Shown here in pieces: positions 45,332 to 55,458 of a stretch of DNA of 64,000 nt. The translations under genes were made by a program, and so were the position numbers. The stretch comes from an uncultured bacterium. GTDB taxonomy: Bacteria; Hydrothermota; UBA3072. Every line of letters begins with the position of its first letter. Within the stretch, counting starts at the first letter, position 1. Under the pieces are notes generated by a model. That model saw only the letters and a program-made list of their open reading frames with translations. It had not been told where the DNA came from and ran no database searches. The stretch is from the NCBI GenBank assembly GCA_964534175.1, contig CAZHNS010000009.1, forward strand, positions 460-64,459. Direction: 5' to 3'.

Positions 45332-46394
45332 AATAGAAATCCATAATATCTTTTGCAACCACATCCCAGGAGTACTTGGCTGCTGTTCTAAGACCTCCCT
45401 TAATCAAACTTTTACTGAGGTTTTTATCTTTCAAAAGAGTTATAACTTTATCGGCTATATCTTTTGAACTCGCTGGGGTTACCAGTAATCCGTTCTTCCC
45501 GTCATCGATAACACACCTGTAACCTGGTATGCTTGAAGCGATTACCGGGGTTTCTGTAGCCATTGCCTCCAACAATACAATTCCAAAACTTTCTCCGCAA
45601 ATAGCCGGGGATACAAAAACCGAAGCGTGGCTAAATATTCCGGGTAAATCCGCAGGAGAAACAAACCCTAAAAACTTAATAGAATTCTTTACCTCAGAAG
45701 GTATATCCAGCTTCATATCTTTATAACCCCCGCCGACTACTGTAAGCTTCGCTTTTGGGAATTCCTTTTTTATACGAGGCAGAGCATCGATTAAAAACTG
45801 CAACCCTTTCCTCGGTTCTATTCTTCCGACAAACAAAATCTCAAAAGGATTTCTCTTTTTATCAACTGCTCTAAACCTTTGCCTGTCTACCCCGTTAGGA
45901 ATTATACGGTAATCTCCCGGGAAATACCTGGCAATGGAATCCTTCGCAGTAACAGAAACGGCAATCCTGCCGTCGATCTTATCGAAATAGTGTTTCAAAT
46001 AACCTTTGGAAATTTTATATAAATTAGAAGATTTAAAAGTTGGGTGAAATGTAAATATATTTGTTTTTCTCGAAACTTTAAGAGAAAGAAGGGGCAAAGT
46101 GGGAGCAATGATACCATGTATATGAATAACGTCATAATCATTAACAACACTGGAAAGCTTAGATAGATTAACCCAGCCGGTCATTCTCGCATTTGACTGG
46201 TTCATGGGAATAACGACAGAATTACCCAAACGTATAACTCTTCTTTCATCCGGTTTTAAATCCCCCTCGATATCAGCTGTAAGTATTGAAACCCCATGAC
46301 CCATATTTTCAAATTCGTTCGCGAGATGGTATATGTGCTCAGTAACCCCCCCGATATGAGGATAATAAAAATCTGAGACGAAAAGAATCTTCAT
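45306..46394 (-). CDS. GT4 glycosyltransferase, PimA-like (N-terminus resembles PIG-A)
   Basis: SDFYYPHIGGVTEHIYHL, HIHG..APTL, TFH, KIDGRIAVS, IPNGVD, EPRKG, GESFGIVLLEAMA; ATGA overlap with the upstream gene at 46391-46394. Confidence 0.88.
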   Translation of the reverse strand: MKILFVSDFYYPHIGGVTEHIYHLANEFENMGHGVSILTADIEGDLKPDERRVIRLGNSVVIPMNQSNARMTGWVNLSKLSSVVNDYDVIHIHGIIAPTLPLLSLKVSRKTNIFTFHPTFKSSNLYKISKGYLKHYFDKIDGRIAVSVTAKDSIARYFPGDYRIIPNGVDRQRFRAVDKKRNPFEILFVGRIEPRKGLQFLIDALPRIKKEFPKAKLTVVGGGYKDMKLDIPSEVKNSIKFLGFVSPADLPGIFSHASVFVSPAICGESFGIVLLEAMATETPVIASSIPGYRCVIDDGKNGLLVTPASSKDIADKVITLLKDKNLSKSLIKGGLRTAAKYSWDVVAKDIMDFYYEVDPSLP

Positions 46395-47230
46395 TTCCAG
46401 ATTCTCTGGAAAACAAACCATTGAAAAGGATACATTCTTATACTCCTCTCCAAAAGGTGTATAACTTCCTTTAATAATTCTTCAGACGAATCAAAATCCT
46501 CCGGATAAAGAGGCTTAAAAACTTTACCTAAATAACGCGGTGAATCAGGGTCGAGGGCAAGTACGCCCACAAGAACAGGCGCTCCCGTTTTCTTAGATAG
46601 AAAAGCTATACCCTTTGGTATCGATGCTTCGCGGTTAAAGAATTCAACGGTACTCCCCGAATTTAATATATCCCTATCCCCAATTAAAACAGCAATTTTG
46701 TTTTTCTTTAAAATTCTAATTAATCTAAATGGTAATCTTTTATCTTCAAGAGGCAGCAATTTGTTTCCGGAATGCGCCCTGTAACGGTTATAAAATCTGA
46801 AGAAATTCAGCCCCGGACCTTCAGTTTCCGCAACAGAATAAAGAGGAAGACCTAAAGTGGTAAGACAGATACCCGCCAATTCCATACCCCCTATATGACA
46901 TGAAACAAGAATTATCCCCTTCCCTTTACTCAATTCTTCAGTAAAATGATTGAATCCCTCTATTCTAGCCATCGACTTTATATATGATTTACTCATGTTA
47001 GGTATATTAAGAATATCACTATAGACTCTCAAATAATTGATAAAAACTTTTTTGATGTCTTTTTTTTCAGCCTTTCCCAGAACCGTAATTAGATTTTCTT
47101 TTATAATCGCTTTTCTTTCTCCTGCAAAATAAAACCAGAGAGTTCCGAAAATTTTTGCCAAAAACTCCCGAAACCAGGTGGGAGTAAAGCGCAAAAACTG
47201 AGTCATAAATAGCATAAAGATTTTTTTCAT
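46391..47230 (-). CDS. Lysophospholipid acyltransferase family, PatA/LpxL-like
   Basis: GIILVSCHIGGME (Hx4E), LIGDRD, VEFF..ASIPKG, YPFQWF. Confidence 0.88.
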   Translation of the reverse strand: MKKIFMLFMTQFLRFTPTWFREFLAKIFGTLWFYFAGERKAIIKENLITVLGKAEKKDIKKVFINYLRVYSDILNIPNMSKSYIKSMARIEGFNHFTEELSKGKGIILVSCHIGGMELAGICLTTLGLPLYSVAETEGPGLNFFRFYNRYRAHSGNKLLPLEDKRLPFRLIRILKKNKIAVLIGDRDILNSGSTVEFFNREASIPKGIAFLSKKTGAPVLVGVLALDPDSPRYLGKVFKPLYPEDFDSSEELLKEVIHLLERSIRMYPFQWFVFQRIWK

Positions 47231-47232
47231 AA

Positions 47233-47667
47233 TTAATAATCTGTAGAGCCAAATCCTCCATTTTCTCTCTTAGTCGAATTAAGCTCTTCTGTTTCTACCA
47301 AATTCACTTTCTCGACTTTAGTAATAATTAACTGTGCTATTCTATTCCCTTTTTTAATTTCAAAATCTTTTTTGCCAATATTAAAAAGAATAACTTTTAT
47401 TTCTCCACGGTAATCAGAATCTATTGTTCCCGGTGAATTTAATACTCCTATCCCGAATTTTGAAGCGAGACCACTTCTAGCTCTAACCTCACCTTCATAA
47501 CCACCAGGAATCTCAAGAGCAACGCCCGTAGAAATCATTTCAAAACCGCCTGAAGCTAATACACAATCCCGAGAAGCATACAAATCTAACCCTGAACTGC
47601 CTTCTGTTTGATAAACAGGAAGGGGCAAACTTTTATCCAATCTTCTTATTTTTATTTCTAAAGACAC
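47233..47667 (-). CDS. dut: dUTP diphosphatase
   Basis: GSSGLDL, ARSGLA, LNSPGTIDSDYRGE, RIAQL, RENGGFGST; GTG start. Confidence 0.97.
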   Translation of the reverse strand: MSLEIKIRRLDKSLPLPVYQTEGSSGLDLYASRDCVLASGGFEMISTGVALEIPGGYEGEVRARSGLASKFGIGVLNSPGTIDSDYRGEIKVILFNIGKKDFEIKKGNRIAQLIITKVEKVNLVETEELNSTKRENGGFGSTDY

Positions 47668-47726
47668 GAAAACCTTCTTTTATTTTTTCGCTAGAAATAT
47701 CCGGCTATCTTTGCCCTTCTCCGATA

Positions 47727-48896
47727 TCATTCTTCGTTAACCTGAGCTCCATGTAATCCCAAGTATTTATCAAGCGCATCTTGCAATATATCAAGACCTT
47801 CCTCCAGAATTTCGGGATTGAGATAACGATAATCAATTAAAATTTCTCCTTCATCTTCATATTGTTCGGAATGAAAGAAAACCGATGGGGCAACAAACAC
47901 TGTTCTCTTATCCCTATTATATTCGCAAAGTAACCACTCCACAAATGTATCGGCATTAGGTACAGGCAGTTTCAAAAACACAGAAGAAATACTGTTAGCA
48001 TAAGCTACAGAAACATCTTCTCTGCTCTCTATAAAATTCTGAATAATAGTCCTATTTTGTTCTATCTGTTCCAATCTATCGTGTAATATTTTAGAAGAGT
48101 CATTAAGAAAATTATCGATCAAACTAAGTTCATAAGGCGTCATCGGAAATAAATCGCTGGCAACTAACTCAATCTTCGGAGATAGGGTTTCGTGGAACAC
48201 AATTATAGTCAAATCTCCCATAGAAAAATCTCTTAAGAGACTGTTCACTCTGATTACCCTCTCATTATTAACAGAAATATCCTTCAAAAAAACCAGATTT
48301 TTAGTATCCTTCACCAGATGGCTGAGCGATTCATCAACAGCTAAAAATAACTGATAATTCCTAGAAATAAAAAGCATTCTTTCAAGGCTTTCTCTTGGAT
48401 AAAGAATGCTTCCCGAAAATCCGGGTTCAGAAAAATATAACAACTTTGTTCGTGGAGTCAAAGAATCTTCGATATCTCTTCGCAGGGGAATATCAAAATC
48501 TTCCGCAGAATTTGTCTCGATAATTTTTGCATTTAAAGAAAGAATATCAGTATATTGCTTAATAAAATAAGGGACCGGAGCAGGAATCAATATTTCATCT
48601 CCCACATCCGTAGTAGTAAAAAAAAGTAGGTAATACGCCGAAAACCTGTTGGGAAGAATCAGCAATTTATAATCATTTGAAATCCCCAAATACAATTTAA
48701 GCCTTCTTATGACCTCATCATTTGTGAGAGGCATAATATCACTCAAATGATGAGTGTTGATAGGATCCACAGAAAATAAATTTATAATTTGCACATCACG
48801 ATTTATAAAATAGGAAAATCTCTCTTTATAAAAATTAAATACGAAAGAATCGTATAAGGAAAATCTTCTCGAATTATAAATCTCACCAATTGACAT
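47727..48896 (-). CDS. Class I/II aminotransferase-fold protein with a degenerate active site (probable pseudoenzyme)
   Basis: GDEILIPAP, IEDSLTPRTK, AVDE and LPVPNADTFVEWLL..TVFVAP align with AspC-type enzymes, but the SxSK lysine, NPxNP and C-terminal R motifs are not recognisable. Confidence 0.7.
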   Translation of the reverse strand: MSIGEIYNSRRFSLYDSFVFNFYKERFSYFINRDVQIINLFSVDPINTHHLSDIMPLTNDEVIRRLKLYLGISNDYKLLILPNRFSAYYLLFFTTTDVGDEILIPAPVPYFIKQYTDILSLNAKIIETNSAEDFDIPLRRDIEDSLTPRTKLLYFSEPGFSGSILYPRESLERMLFISRNYQLFLAVDESLSHLVKDTKNLVFLKDISVNNERVIRVNSLLRDFSMGDLTIIVFHETLSPKIELVASDLFPMTPYELSLIDNFLNDSSKILHDRLEQIEQNRTIIQNFIESREDVSVAYANSISSVFLKLPVPNADTFVEWLLCEYNRDKRTVFVAPSVFFHSEQYEDEGEILIDYRYLNPEILEEGLDILQDALDKYLGLHGAQVNEE

Positions 48897-50118
48897 TATC
48901 CTCTTCTCCCAAAACAGTTAAAACAAACTTATCCGGCTTTAAGTAGTTTTGCGCTATAACATTTATCTCTTCGATGGATACATCTTCAATCTTCTTTAAA
49001 AGATCAGATATAGTAGACCGCTTTCCCTTACATATTTCTTCTTTTACATTTCTTTCCATTCTGTTTCCACTACCTTCCAAAGATATTACAATATTACCCC
49101 TCAATCTTTCCTTAGCGGTTGCGACCTCTTCTTCCGTAAATTCAAGAGAGGATAACAAATCTTTCGTTGTATTTAAAGCATCCTGTAACTTAGTTTCATC
49201 AGTAGAAAAATATATGCCAAAAATCCCGGCATCGCTGAAAAATTCGTTAAAAGTCGACACTTCGTAAACATAACTTAAATCTTGACGCAATTTTTGAAAC
49301 AAAAGGGAACTCATACCTGAACCGAGGATAGTCCCGGCAACCAGAAGTGCGAATCTCAATTCATGATTATAGGAAAAAGAAGGGAACGAAAGTGCAACAT
49401 ATTTATGGTTTAAATCGGGCTTAGCAATGGCATTTATTCTTTTGCTTCTAACCGAAGGAAACTCCCTTGTAAAAATGTCGCCTCTTTTCTTGTTAATTTT
49501 CTTGTTAATTAAATCACATAAATTATCATGATTGATTTTTCCAACAGCAGAGACGAACATACGCTCCGCAGTCCATCTCTTGTCCCAGAATTCAATTATA
49601 TCTTTAGGTTTTATATTGTTGACTGATTCAACGCTACCCATTATTAACCTTGCAAGAGGATGATTATCTCCAAAAGTACTTTTAAAAGTATAATCGAAAA
49701 GTAAACTTTCGGGAGAATCGTTAAACATTTTAATTTCCTGCAGAATTACCTCTCTTTCAGCTTCTAATGCTTTTTCTGAAAACTTTGGATTACCTATTAA
49801 ATCCGCAAGAATATCTAAAGCAAGATTAACCTCTTCCGGAAGAACATGGACATAAAGAGAAGTCCACTCCCTTGCAGTCGAAGCATTTAAATATCCTCCT
49901 CTAGATTCTATAGCGAGAGAAATTTCCCTTTCGGTGCGGTTTTTAGTACCTTTAAATACTGAATGTTCAGTAAAATGAGATATACCTGCTTTCTTCTCAT
50001 CTTCATCTCTTGAACCAACAGTTATATAAAGACCAATAATAACAGAGTATGCTGAAGGTATGAACTCAGAGCATACTGTAACCCCGGAAGGTAAAACGCT
50101 TTTTCTATAATTATCCAT
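48883..50118 (-). CDS. M16 family (pitrilysin/MPP-like, YmxG-type) zinc peptidase
   Basis: GSRDE..GISHFTEHSVFKGT (HxxEH), GG.LNAST, EREVILQEI, ILGSGMSSLLFQ.LR. Confidence 0.95.
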   Translation of the reverse strand: MDNYRKSVLPSGVTVCSEFIPSAYSVIIGLYITVGSRDEDEKKAGISHFTEHSVFKGTKNRTEREISLAIESRGGYLNASTAREWTSLYVHVLPEEVNLALDILADLIGNPKFSEKALEAEREVILQEIKMFNDSPESLLFDYTFKSTFGDNHPLARLIMGSVESVNNIKPKDIIEFWDKRWTAERMFVSAVGKINHDNLCDLINKKINKKRGDIFTREFPSVRSKRINAIAKPDLNHKYVALSFPSFSYNHELRFALLVAGTILGSGMSSLLFQKLRQDLSYVYEVSTFNEFFSDAGIFGIYFSTDETKLQDALNTTKDLLSSLEFTEEEVATAKERLRGNIVISLEGSGNRMERNVKEEICKGKRSTISDLLKKIEDVSIEEINVIAQNYLKPDKFVLTVLGEEDNVNW

Positions 50119-50269
50119 TAAATATAACCTATTTTAAAACAATGTGATTCAGAGGTTTCCCATAAAAAAGAACACCTAAAACCATTAATTTACTCAAGTA
50201 TAATAATGTCCTTAACAATATATGTCAATGGTAGAATGTAACATCTAAGAGTGTATAATCCTTTTTATA

Positions 50270-52678
50270 TCATTGCCTTTTTTTTAAAAGAAAAACCGCT
50301 GAAGTAAGAAAAATTATAACCCCTAGTAAACTTAATAAGGAGGCAATATTAAATACCCTGGACTCATAGACAAAACGCAACTCATGTTCTCCTTCCGGAA
50401 CAAAAACCCCGTAGAAAATGTAATTAGCTTTATATATTTTTTCTTTTTTACCGTCTATATAACACTTCCAATCCGGATGATAATTCTCTCGAATAATAAG
50501 AAAAGCCGTTTTACTGGTTTTAACCTCTAAAACCTTTTCATTTGCAATCATCCTAACAACATCAACATCTCCCTCGCCTTCTGAAAGGGTAATATCCGGC
50601 TTTTTCTCTAAAATAGCAATACTTCCCGGAATAAATTCCGGAGATAAAATCTCATTTAACACATCTTGAGCACTGTCAACCACCTTATACTCGTACATAA
50701 GAGAAGCTCTCGGCAAGAAGCTTTCATTTTTTAGAACTTGATACTCCCTTCCTGCAAAAGCAACATCAAAATTTGAATAGAAATCTCTCAACTCTTTTAT
50801 AACCTGCTTAACTCTTTCCGTGTAAGGAGTCAAATCTTCAGGAAGGCGAGGAACTATTAGGTATTTAACATTCAACATAGAGAGCGCATGAGGAAATTCA
50901 AAGAAATTGGGGGCACTAAACATTACACTTCCTTCGGCTCCAATAAATTTTTGATATCTACCGGGAGGATTTGGGCCATACCCGGCCACACTATACATAT
51001 CATGGTAGTGAAAATAACCACTTTTCGCCCATTTATAATTCTCGAATGGAAATATCCTATATAAACTTTTATCCTGTGAAATATATCTGGTGACATCATC
51101 CATAGAATAGTAATTCCGAGGATGAGGAGCCACATTGAGATATTTCTTATCCACAGACCACTGATCTGCAATAAGGACAAGGATTAACAGAGATATAGCT
51201 GCCTTGAATTCTATTTTTTTTATTATTACAGAATAGATTATGCCACCATTAATAATAAAAAGTAGCGTTGCCAACCACAGGCTTTTTTTCAGATTCACGA
51301 AATTCTTAGACATTACAGCAATTTTTTGCTGAAGGTTTTGCCTTCCAATCTCCGCCCAAGCCACAGAGAAATGATGCTTCATAAAATTCAAGACACCCCT
51401 ATCTCCTATATTTACAATAAGGGTCACAAACAATATTAAGCCCATCGAAACTAAAACATATAAGATTACTTTCTTCTTTTCCTCCTCGTTTCTATTCTTT
51501 AATTCGTATAAAGCCTCCGCTCCAAATCCGGCTAGCACTGCAATACCAAAACTGGTAAGAAAGAAAAACATCGATGGAGCCCTGAATTTCTTGGCCATGG
51601 GAACCAGATAATAATAGATTCTAAAAATCGGGGTATTTTTCCCCAGGGCAAGAATTAAAGTAATACCAGTGAACCAGGCGAAATATTTTATAAGACATCT
51701 TTTTTTTCTGTAAAAGAAGGCTAATCCAACCATCATTATTGGTAATATACCGAGATACCTGGAATCCAGTTTAAAGAAATTCTCTCCCCAGTAATTATCA
51801 AGTATACCAGAAAAATGGGGTGTTATCAGATTAAATAATTCCGCGGTCGGCATCGACCATGAAGTCGAGTATGCGTAACCTCTAGTCGCCCCCCTTGCCC
51901 CATAACTTAAGGACAAAGCAGGAGGAATCAACTTTATAGCAACAACCATAAAAAGAATAACTATACCGGTAAAGAAAAAACAGGATAATATACTCATTTT
52001 TTTTAATCCCATCTCTCCTCTTCTTCTAAAGATCTCATAGAGAAAGAACATGACTACCCCAATCATACTCCAGTAAGTAATTTGAATATGTCCAGCCAGT
52101 ATAAAAATCCCGGAAATCCCGCCAAAAATCAAAAAATCAGATAATCTCTTTCTTCGCATAGCTCTGGCAACGAAAAGAAAAGCAAAAGGTAAGAGCACCC
52201 CTCCAATCGTCCTACCTAAATGCCCTCCCTGAGTAGTTGTTATTATTTGACCAGCAAACATATAAGAAACTGCTCCAACCAGGGAAGAAAATTGGGATAG
52301 ATCAAATTCCCGCAATAATAGCCATATCCCCAATCCCGCCAGAAAGACATGAATTATAAACATAAAAGTCAATCCTAAATGAATCGGAAAAATCAGATAA
52401 ACCAAATTAAAAGGATATACTAAACCGCCGGCACCGCCAGTTGCGACTCTCGGCTGTCCGGAAAAATTGTAAGAATCCCACATGGGAAAAACGTGATGCT
52501 CTTTCAAATAACTTACCCATCCGTTAGTTCCCGTATATCCGGAAAGCAGATAATCTGAACCATATATCATTTTGGAAGGAGTCAAGAATCCAATAAAGTA
52601 TATTATCGATATTAAAAACAAAAAGATTATTATAAATAATTTTAATTTACTTTTATCTTTTAAAATTTTTCTATTCAT
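50270..52678 (-). CDS. YfhO family GT-C membrane protein
   Basis: PMWDSYNFSGQP, multi-TM core, KFRAP, SMLNVKY, FLPRA, ENYHPDWKCYIDGK..IYKANY.F.GVFVPEGEH. Confidence 0.9.
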   Translation of the reverse strand: MNRKILKDKSKLKLFIIIFLFLISIIYFIGFLTPSKMIYGSDYLLSGYTGTNGWVSYLKEHHVFPMWDSYNFSGQPRVATGGAGGLVYPFNLVYLIFPIHLGLTFMFIIHVFLAGLGIWLLLREFDLSQFSSLVGAVSYMFAGQIITTTQGGHLGRTIGGVLLPFAFLFVARAMRRKRLSDFLIFGGISGIFILAGHIQITYWSMIGVVMFFLYEIFRRRGEMGLKKMSILSCFFFTGIVILFMVVAIKLIPPALSLSYGARGATRGYAYSTSWSMPTAELFNLITPHFSGILDNYWGENFFKLDSRYLGILPIMMVGLAFFYRKKRCLIKYFAWFTGITLILALGKNTPIFRIYYYLVPMAKKFRAPSMFFFLTSFGIAVLAGFGAEALYELKNRNEEEKKKVILYVLVSMGLILFVTLIVNIGDRGVLNFMKHHFSVAWAEIGRQNLQQKIAVMSKNFVNLKKSLWLATLLFIINGGIIYSVIIKKIEFKAAISLLILVLIADQWSVDKKYLNVAPHPRNYYSMDDVTRYISQDKSLYRIFPFENYKWAKSGYFHYHDMYSVAGYGPNPPGRYQKFIGAEGSVMFSAPNFFEFPHALSMLNVKYLIVPRLPEDLTPYTERVKQVIKELRDFYSNFDVAFAGREYQVLKNESFLPRASLMYEYKVVDSAQDVLNEILSPEFIPGSIAILEKKPDITLSEGEGDVDVVRMIANEKVLEVKTSKTAFLIIRENYHPDWKCYIDGKKEKIYKANYIFYGVFVPEGEHELRFVYESRVFNIASLLSLLGVIIFLTSAVFLLKKRQ

Positions 52679-52919
52679 TTTACCCCCTTAAGATAACACT
52701 ACCGTATCCAGAAATCCGCAGCCATTTTCCGTTTTTAACCAATCAAAATCTTAAAAACCGCTTCATACTCTCTGTAATAAGTAAAATAACCGTCCTCTGT
52801 TGAATGTCAAGTAAAGATTTTGCTTGTCTTCATTACAATACTTCAAGAAAAAAGCCATCTAAATTATTGCAATTTAATGATTTTTAATTATAATTAGGCA
52901 ACTAAAAAAGGGTTAAATA

Positions 52920-54239
52920 GTGCTTAAAGAGAATAAAAAAGACAGAGATATCAAAGGCGAAGGTGTAATAAGAGGTTCCATTTATATAATTATAGGGCAA
53001 GTAATAGCTGGGATATTCCTATTTTTATTTCAGATTTTAACGGGCAGGTGGTTGGGGGTGAAATACTATGGTATTCTTAACATACTCTACTCCTATATAT
53101 TAGTTTTTAACGTTTTTATGACCAATGGGGTAACACACGGGCTTACAAGATATATTTCTTTTTTCCAGGCAAAAGATTTAAAAAATAAGATAAAAGATAC
53201 AATTCAGATATCATCCTTAATATACTTGATTTTTATTCTATTTTTTTTATTGATAGCAATCATCTTTAGAAAAAAAATACTCAATAATTTCTTTAATAAT
53301 ATGGAAACACTATATTTCCAATTCATTCTGGGAGTTTTATCTCTTTCGTTATACAGCTTTTACGATGGGTTACTGAGAGGGAATAGAAGATTCTATATTT
53401 CTTCAATAGGTTTTGTAATAAAAGCCCTTTCAATGCTAATTATAGTTTTCTTAATAATACCATGTTTAAAACTTTTAAAAATTCATGCTGGATGGAGTTT
53501 TGTTATAGCCCCTATTATACCGATTTTTTATTTTAAAATGGTATTAAAAAATACAATTATTTCTCCGGATTTTAAAAACCCAAATGAATTTGATACTAAA
53601 ATTGTTAAGTTTATAATTATGAGCTGTATTATAGCTGTATTAAATACATGGATAGTAAGATCGGGTCCAATCCTTTTAAAAGTAGTAGGAAAAGCTAATT
53701 CGGATTCACTCGCCGGTTTATTCAGCGCCACTATGATGCCATTAAATTTTGTAAGAACTTTAGTTCTTGCATTTTTAGGAGCTCTTTTCCCAAATCTAAC
53801 AAGAGCATACTCTCTTAAGAATGAGAATTTAATAAAAAGATATACTTATAAAAGTTTAGGTGTAGTAATAATGTTAGTTGTATCTGTAACACTTTTTTAT
53901 TATTTCTTAGGCCCTCAAACAATTAAACTACTCTACGGAAAAGATTTTTCTATCTCTAGATCTACCGCGTTTATACTATCCCTTGCAATATCTTTACTAC
54001 TACTCGGAATGTTACTCTCCAGAATACTAATGGCAAGAAACACCCCACATGTCTCAGTAATTTCATTAATATTGGGAGTAACCGGGATGTTTACATTTCT
54101 ACATCTAAGAAACATGGAACCAATGGAACTGGTTTGCTTCTCTATACTTATTTGTAATACAATATACTTCGGAATCCAATCATTATATTTAACAATAATA
54201 AAAATAAGACATCTTAAACTAACAGCTCAACAAGAATGA
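52920..54239 (+). CDS. Oligosaccharide flippase (Wzx/MOP family)
   Basis: ~12-14 hydrophobic helices, LTGRWLG..YYG, LFPNL, LLYGKDF; GTG start. Confidence 0.85.
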   Translation: MLKENKKDRDIKGEGVIRGSIYIIIGQVIAGIFLFLFQILTGRWLGVKYYGILNILYSYILVFNVFMTNGVTHGLTRYISFFQAKDLKNKIKDTIQISSLIYLIFILFFLLIAIIFRKKILNNFFNNMETLYFQFILGVLSLSLYSFYDGLLRGNRRFYISSIGFVIKALSMLIIVFLIIPCLKLLKIHAGWSFVIAPIIPIFYFKMVLKNTIISPDFKNPNEFDTKIVKFIIMSCIIAVLNTWIVRSGPILLKVVGKANSDSLAGLFSATMMPLNFVRTLVLAFLGALFPNLTRAYSLKNENLIKRYTYKSLGVVIMLVVSVTLFYYFLGPQTIKLLYGKDFSISRSTAFILSLAISLLLLGMLLSRILMARNTPHVSVISLILGVTGMFTFLHLRNMEPMELVCFSILICNTIYFGIQSLYLTIIKIRHLKLTAQQE

Positions 54240-55447
54240 GAATTCTTTATATAACCACCGCTTTTCCAAGAAACTCCAACGATCCCATTACACCATGGTT
54301 AGTTAAAACAGTCACAATGCTAAACGAAAAGGGAATTAAAATAAATGTCTTTACATCTTCATATAAGGGCCTAATTTTCAACCGAATAAAGAACATCGAC
54401 GTTTTCCGATTTCGTTATTTTATAAAGTCTTTCGAGAGGTTAACACATGAAGAAATGGCTCTCGATAGAGTAAGAAAGGGCGGAATATATAAAATATTAC
54501 CTCTATTCTATATATTGTTTGGGATAATTGGAATAATTAAACATTGCAAAAAAGAAAAATATGATATAATACACGTTCACTGGCCATTTCCACATTTCAT
54601 TTTTGGGTATATTGCCTCAAGAATGCTTAGAGTTCCTCTTGTTTGCACATTTCACGGAGTCGGTATTCGTTTTATCAAGAAATCATCTATAAATCTGGAT
54701 TTTTTTCTTAACTGGATTATTAAAAAAAGTGATCTAATTACAGTAAACTCAACTCATACTGCTAAAGAACTCATCCCTTTCAACCCTAAAAATATATCTA
54801 TAATACCTTTCGGGGCTGCCGTGGAGCCTGAAGACATTTCAAAAAAAGAAAACATCTCGAAAGAAAATAACCACGATACAACGAAACTTCTATTTGTGGG
54901 AAGATTGGTTGAAAGAAAAGGCGTGGAATATCTCCTCCAGGCTGTAAAAAACTTAAAAATGAAAAAGAAAGTCAAATTAATAATAGTAGGCGAAGGTGGA
55001 CTAAAAGAAAGTTTATTAAAAAAGAGAAATCAATTGAAACTATCAGATAAAGATGTTAAATTTGCAGGAAAAATATCGGGGGGGAAATTAAACGAATATT
55101 ATAAAAACTGTGATATCTTTGTACTTCCGGCTATTATAGATTCAAAAGGGGATACTGAAGGTTTGGGAGTCGTTCTTCTTGAGGCATTGAGTTTTAAAAA
55201 GGCAGTCATTGCTTCAAGAGTTGGGGGCATCGTTGATATTATCAAAGATAAAAAAACCGGTTTATTAGTGAAAGAAAAATCTGCCGAAGAATTAGCCTCT
55301 GCCATTGAATTTCTCATAAACAATCCAAAAGAAAAAGAAAAACTAGCTAGAAAAGGGTATGAATTTCAAAAAAAGAATTTCAGTTGGGATAAAATTTTAT
55401 CCTCAATAATCTCACAGTATAAAAATATAACTTCTAAGACCGTTTAG
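54236..55447 (+). CDS. GT4 glycosyltransferase
   Basis: DIIHVHW, FVGRLVERKG, IVGEG, DIFVLP..TEGLGVVLLEA, IASRVGGI.DII. Confidence 0.95.
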   Translation: MRILYITTAFPRNSNDPITPWLVKTVTMLNEKGIKINVFTSSYKGLIFNRIKNIDVFRFRYFIKSFERLTHEEMALDRVRKGGIYKILPLFYILFGIIGIIKHCKKEKYDIIHVHWPFPHFIFGYIASRMLRVPLVCTFHGVGIRFIKKSSINLDFFLNWIIKKSDLITVNSTHTAKELIPFNPKNISIIPFGAAVEPEDISKKENISKENNHDTTKLLFVGRLVERKGVEYLLQAVKNLKMKKKVKLIIVGEGGLKESLLKKRNQLKLSDKDVKFAGKISGGKLNEYYKNCDIFVLPAIIDSKGDTEGLGVVLLEALSFKKAVIASRVGGIVDIIKDKKTGLLVKEKSAEELASAIEFLINNPKEKEKLARKGYEFQKKNFSWDKILSSIISQYKNITSKTV

Positions 55448-55458
55448 AATAAGACTTA

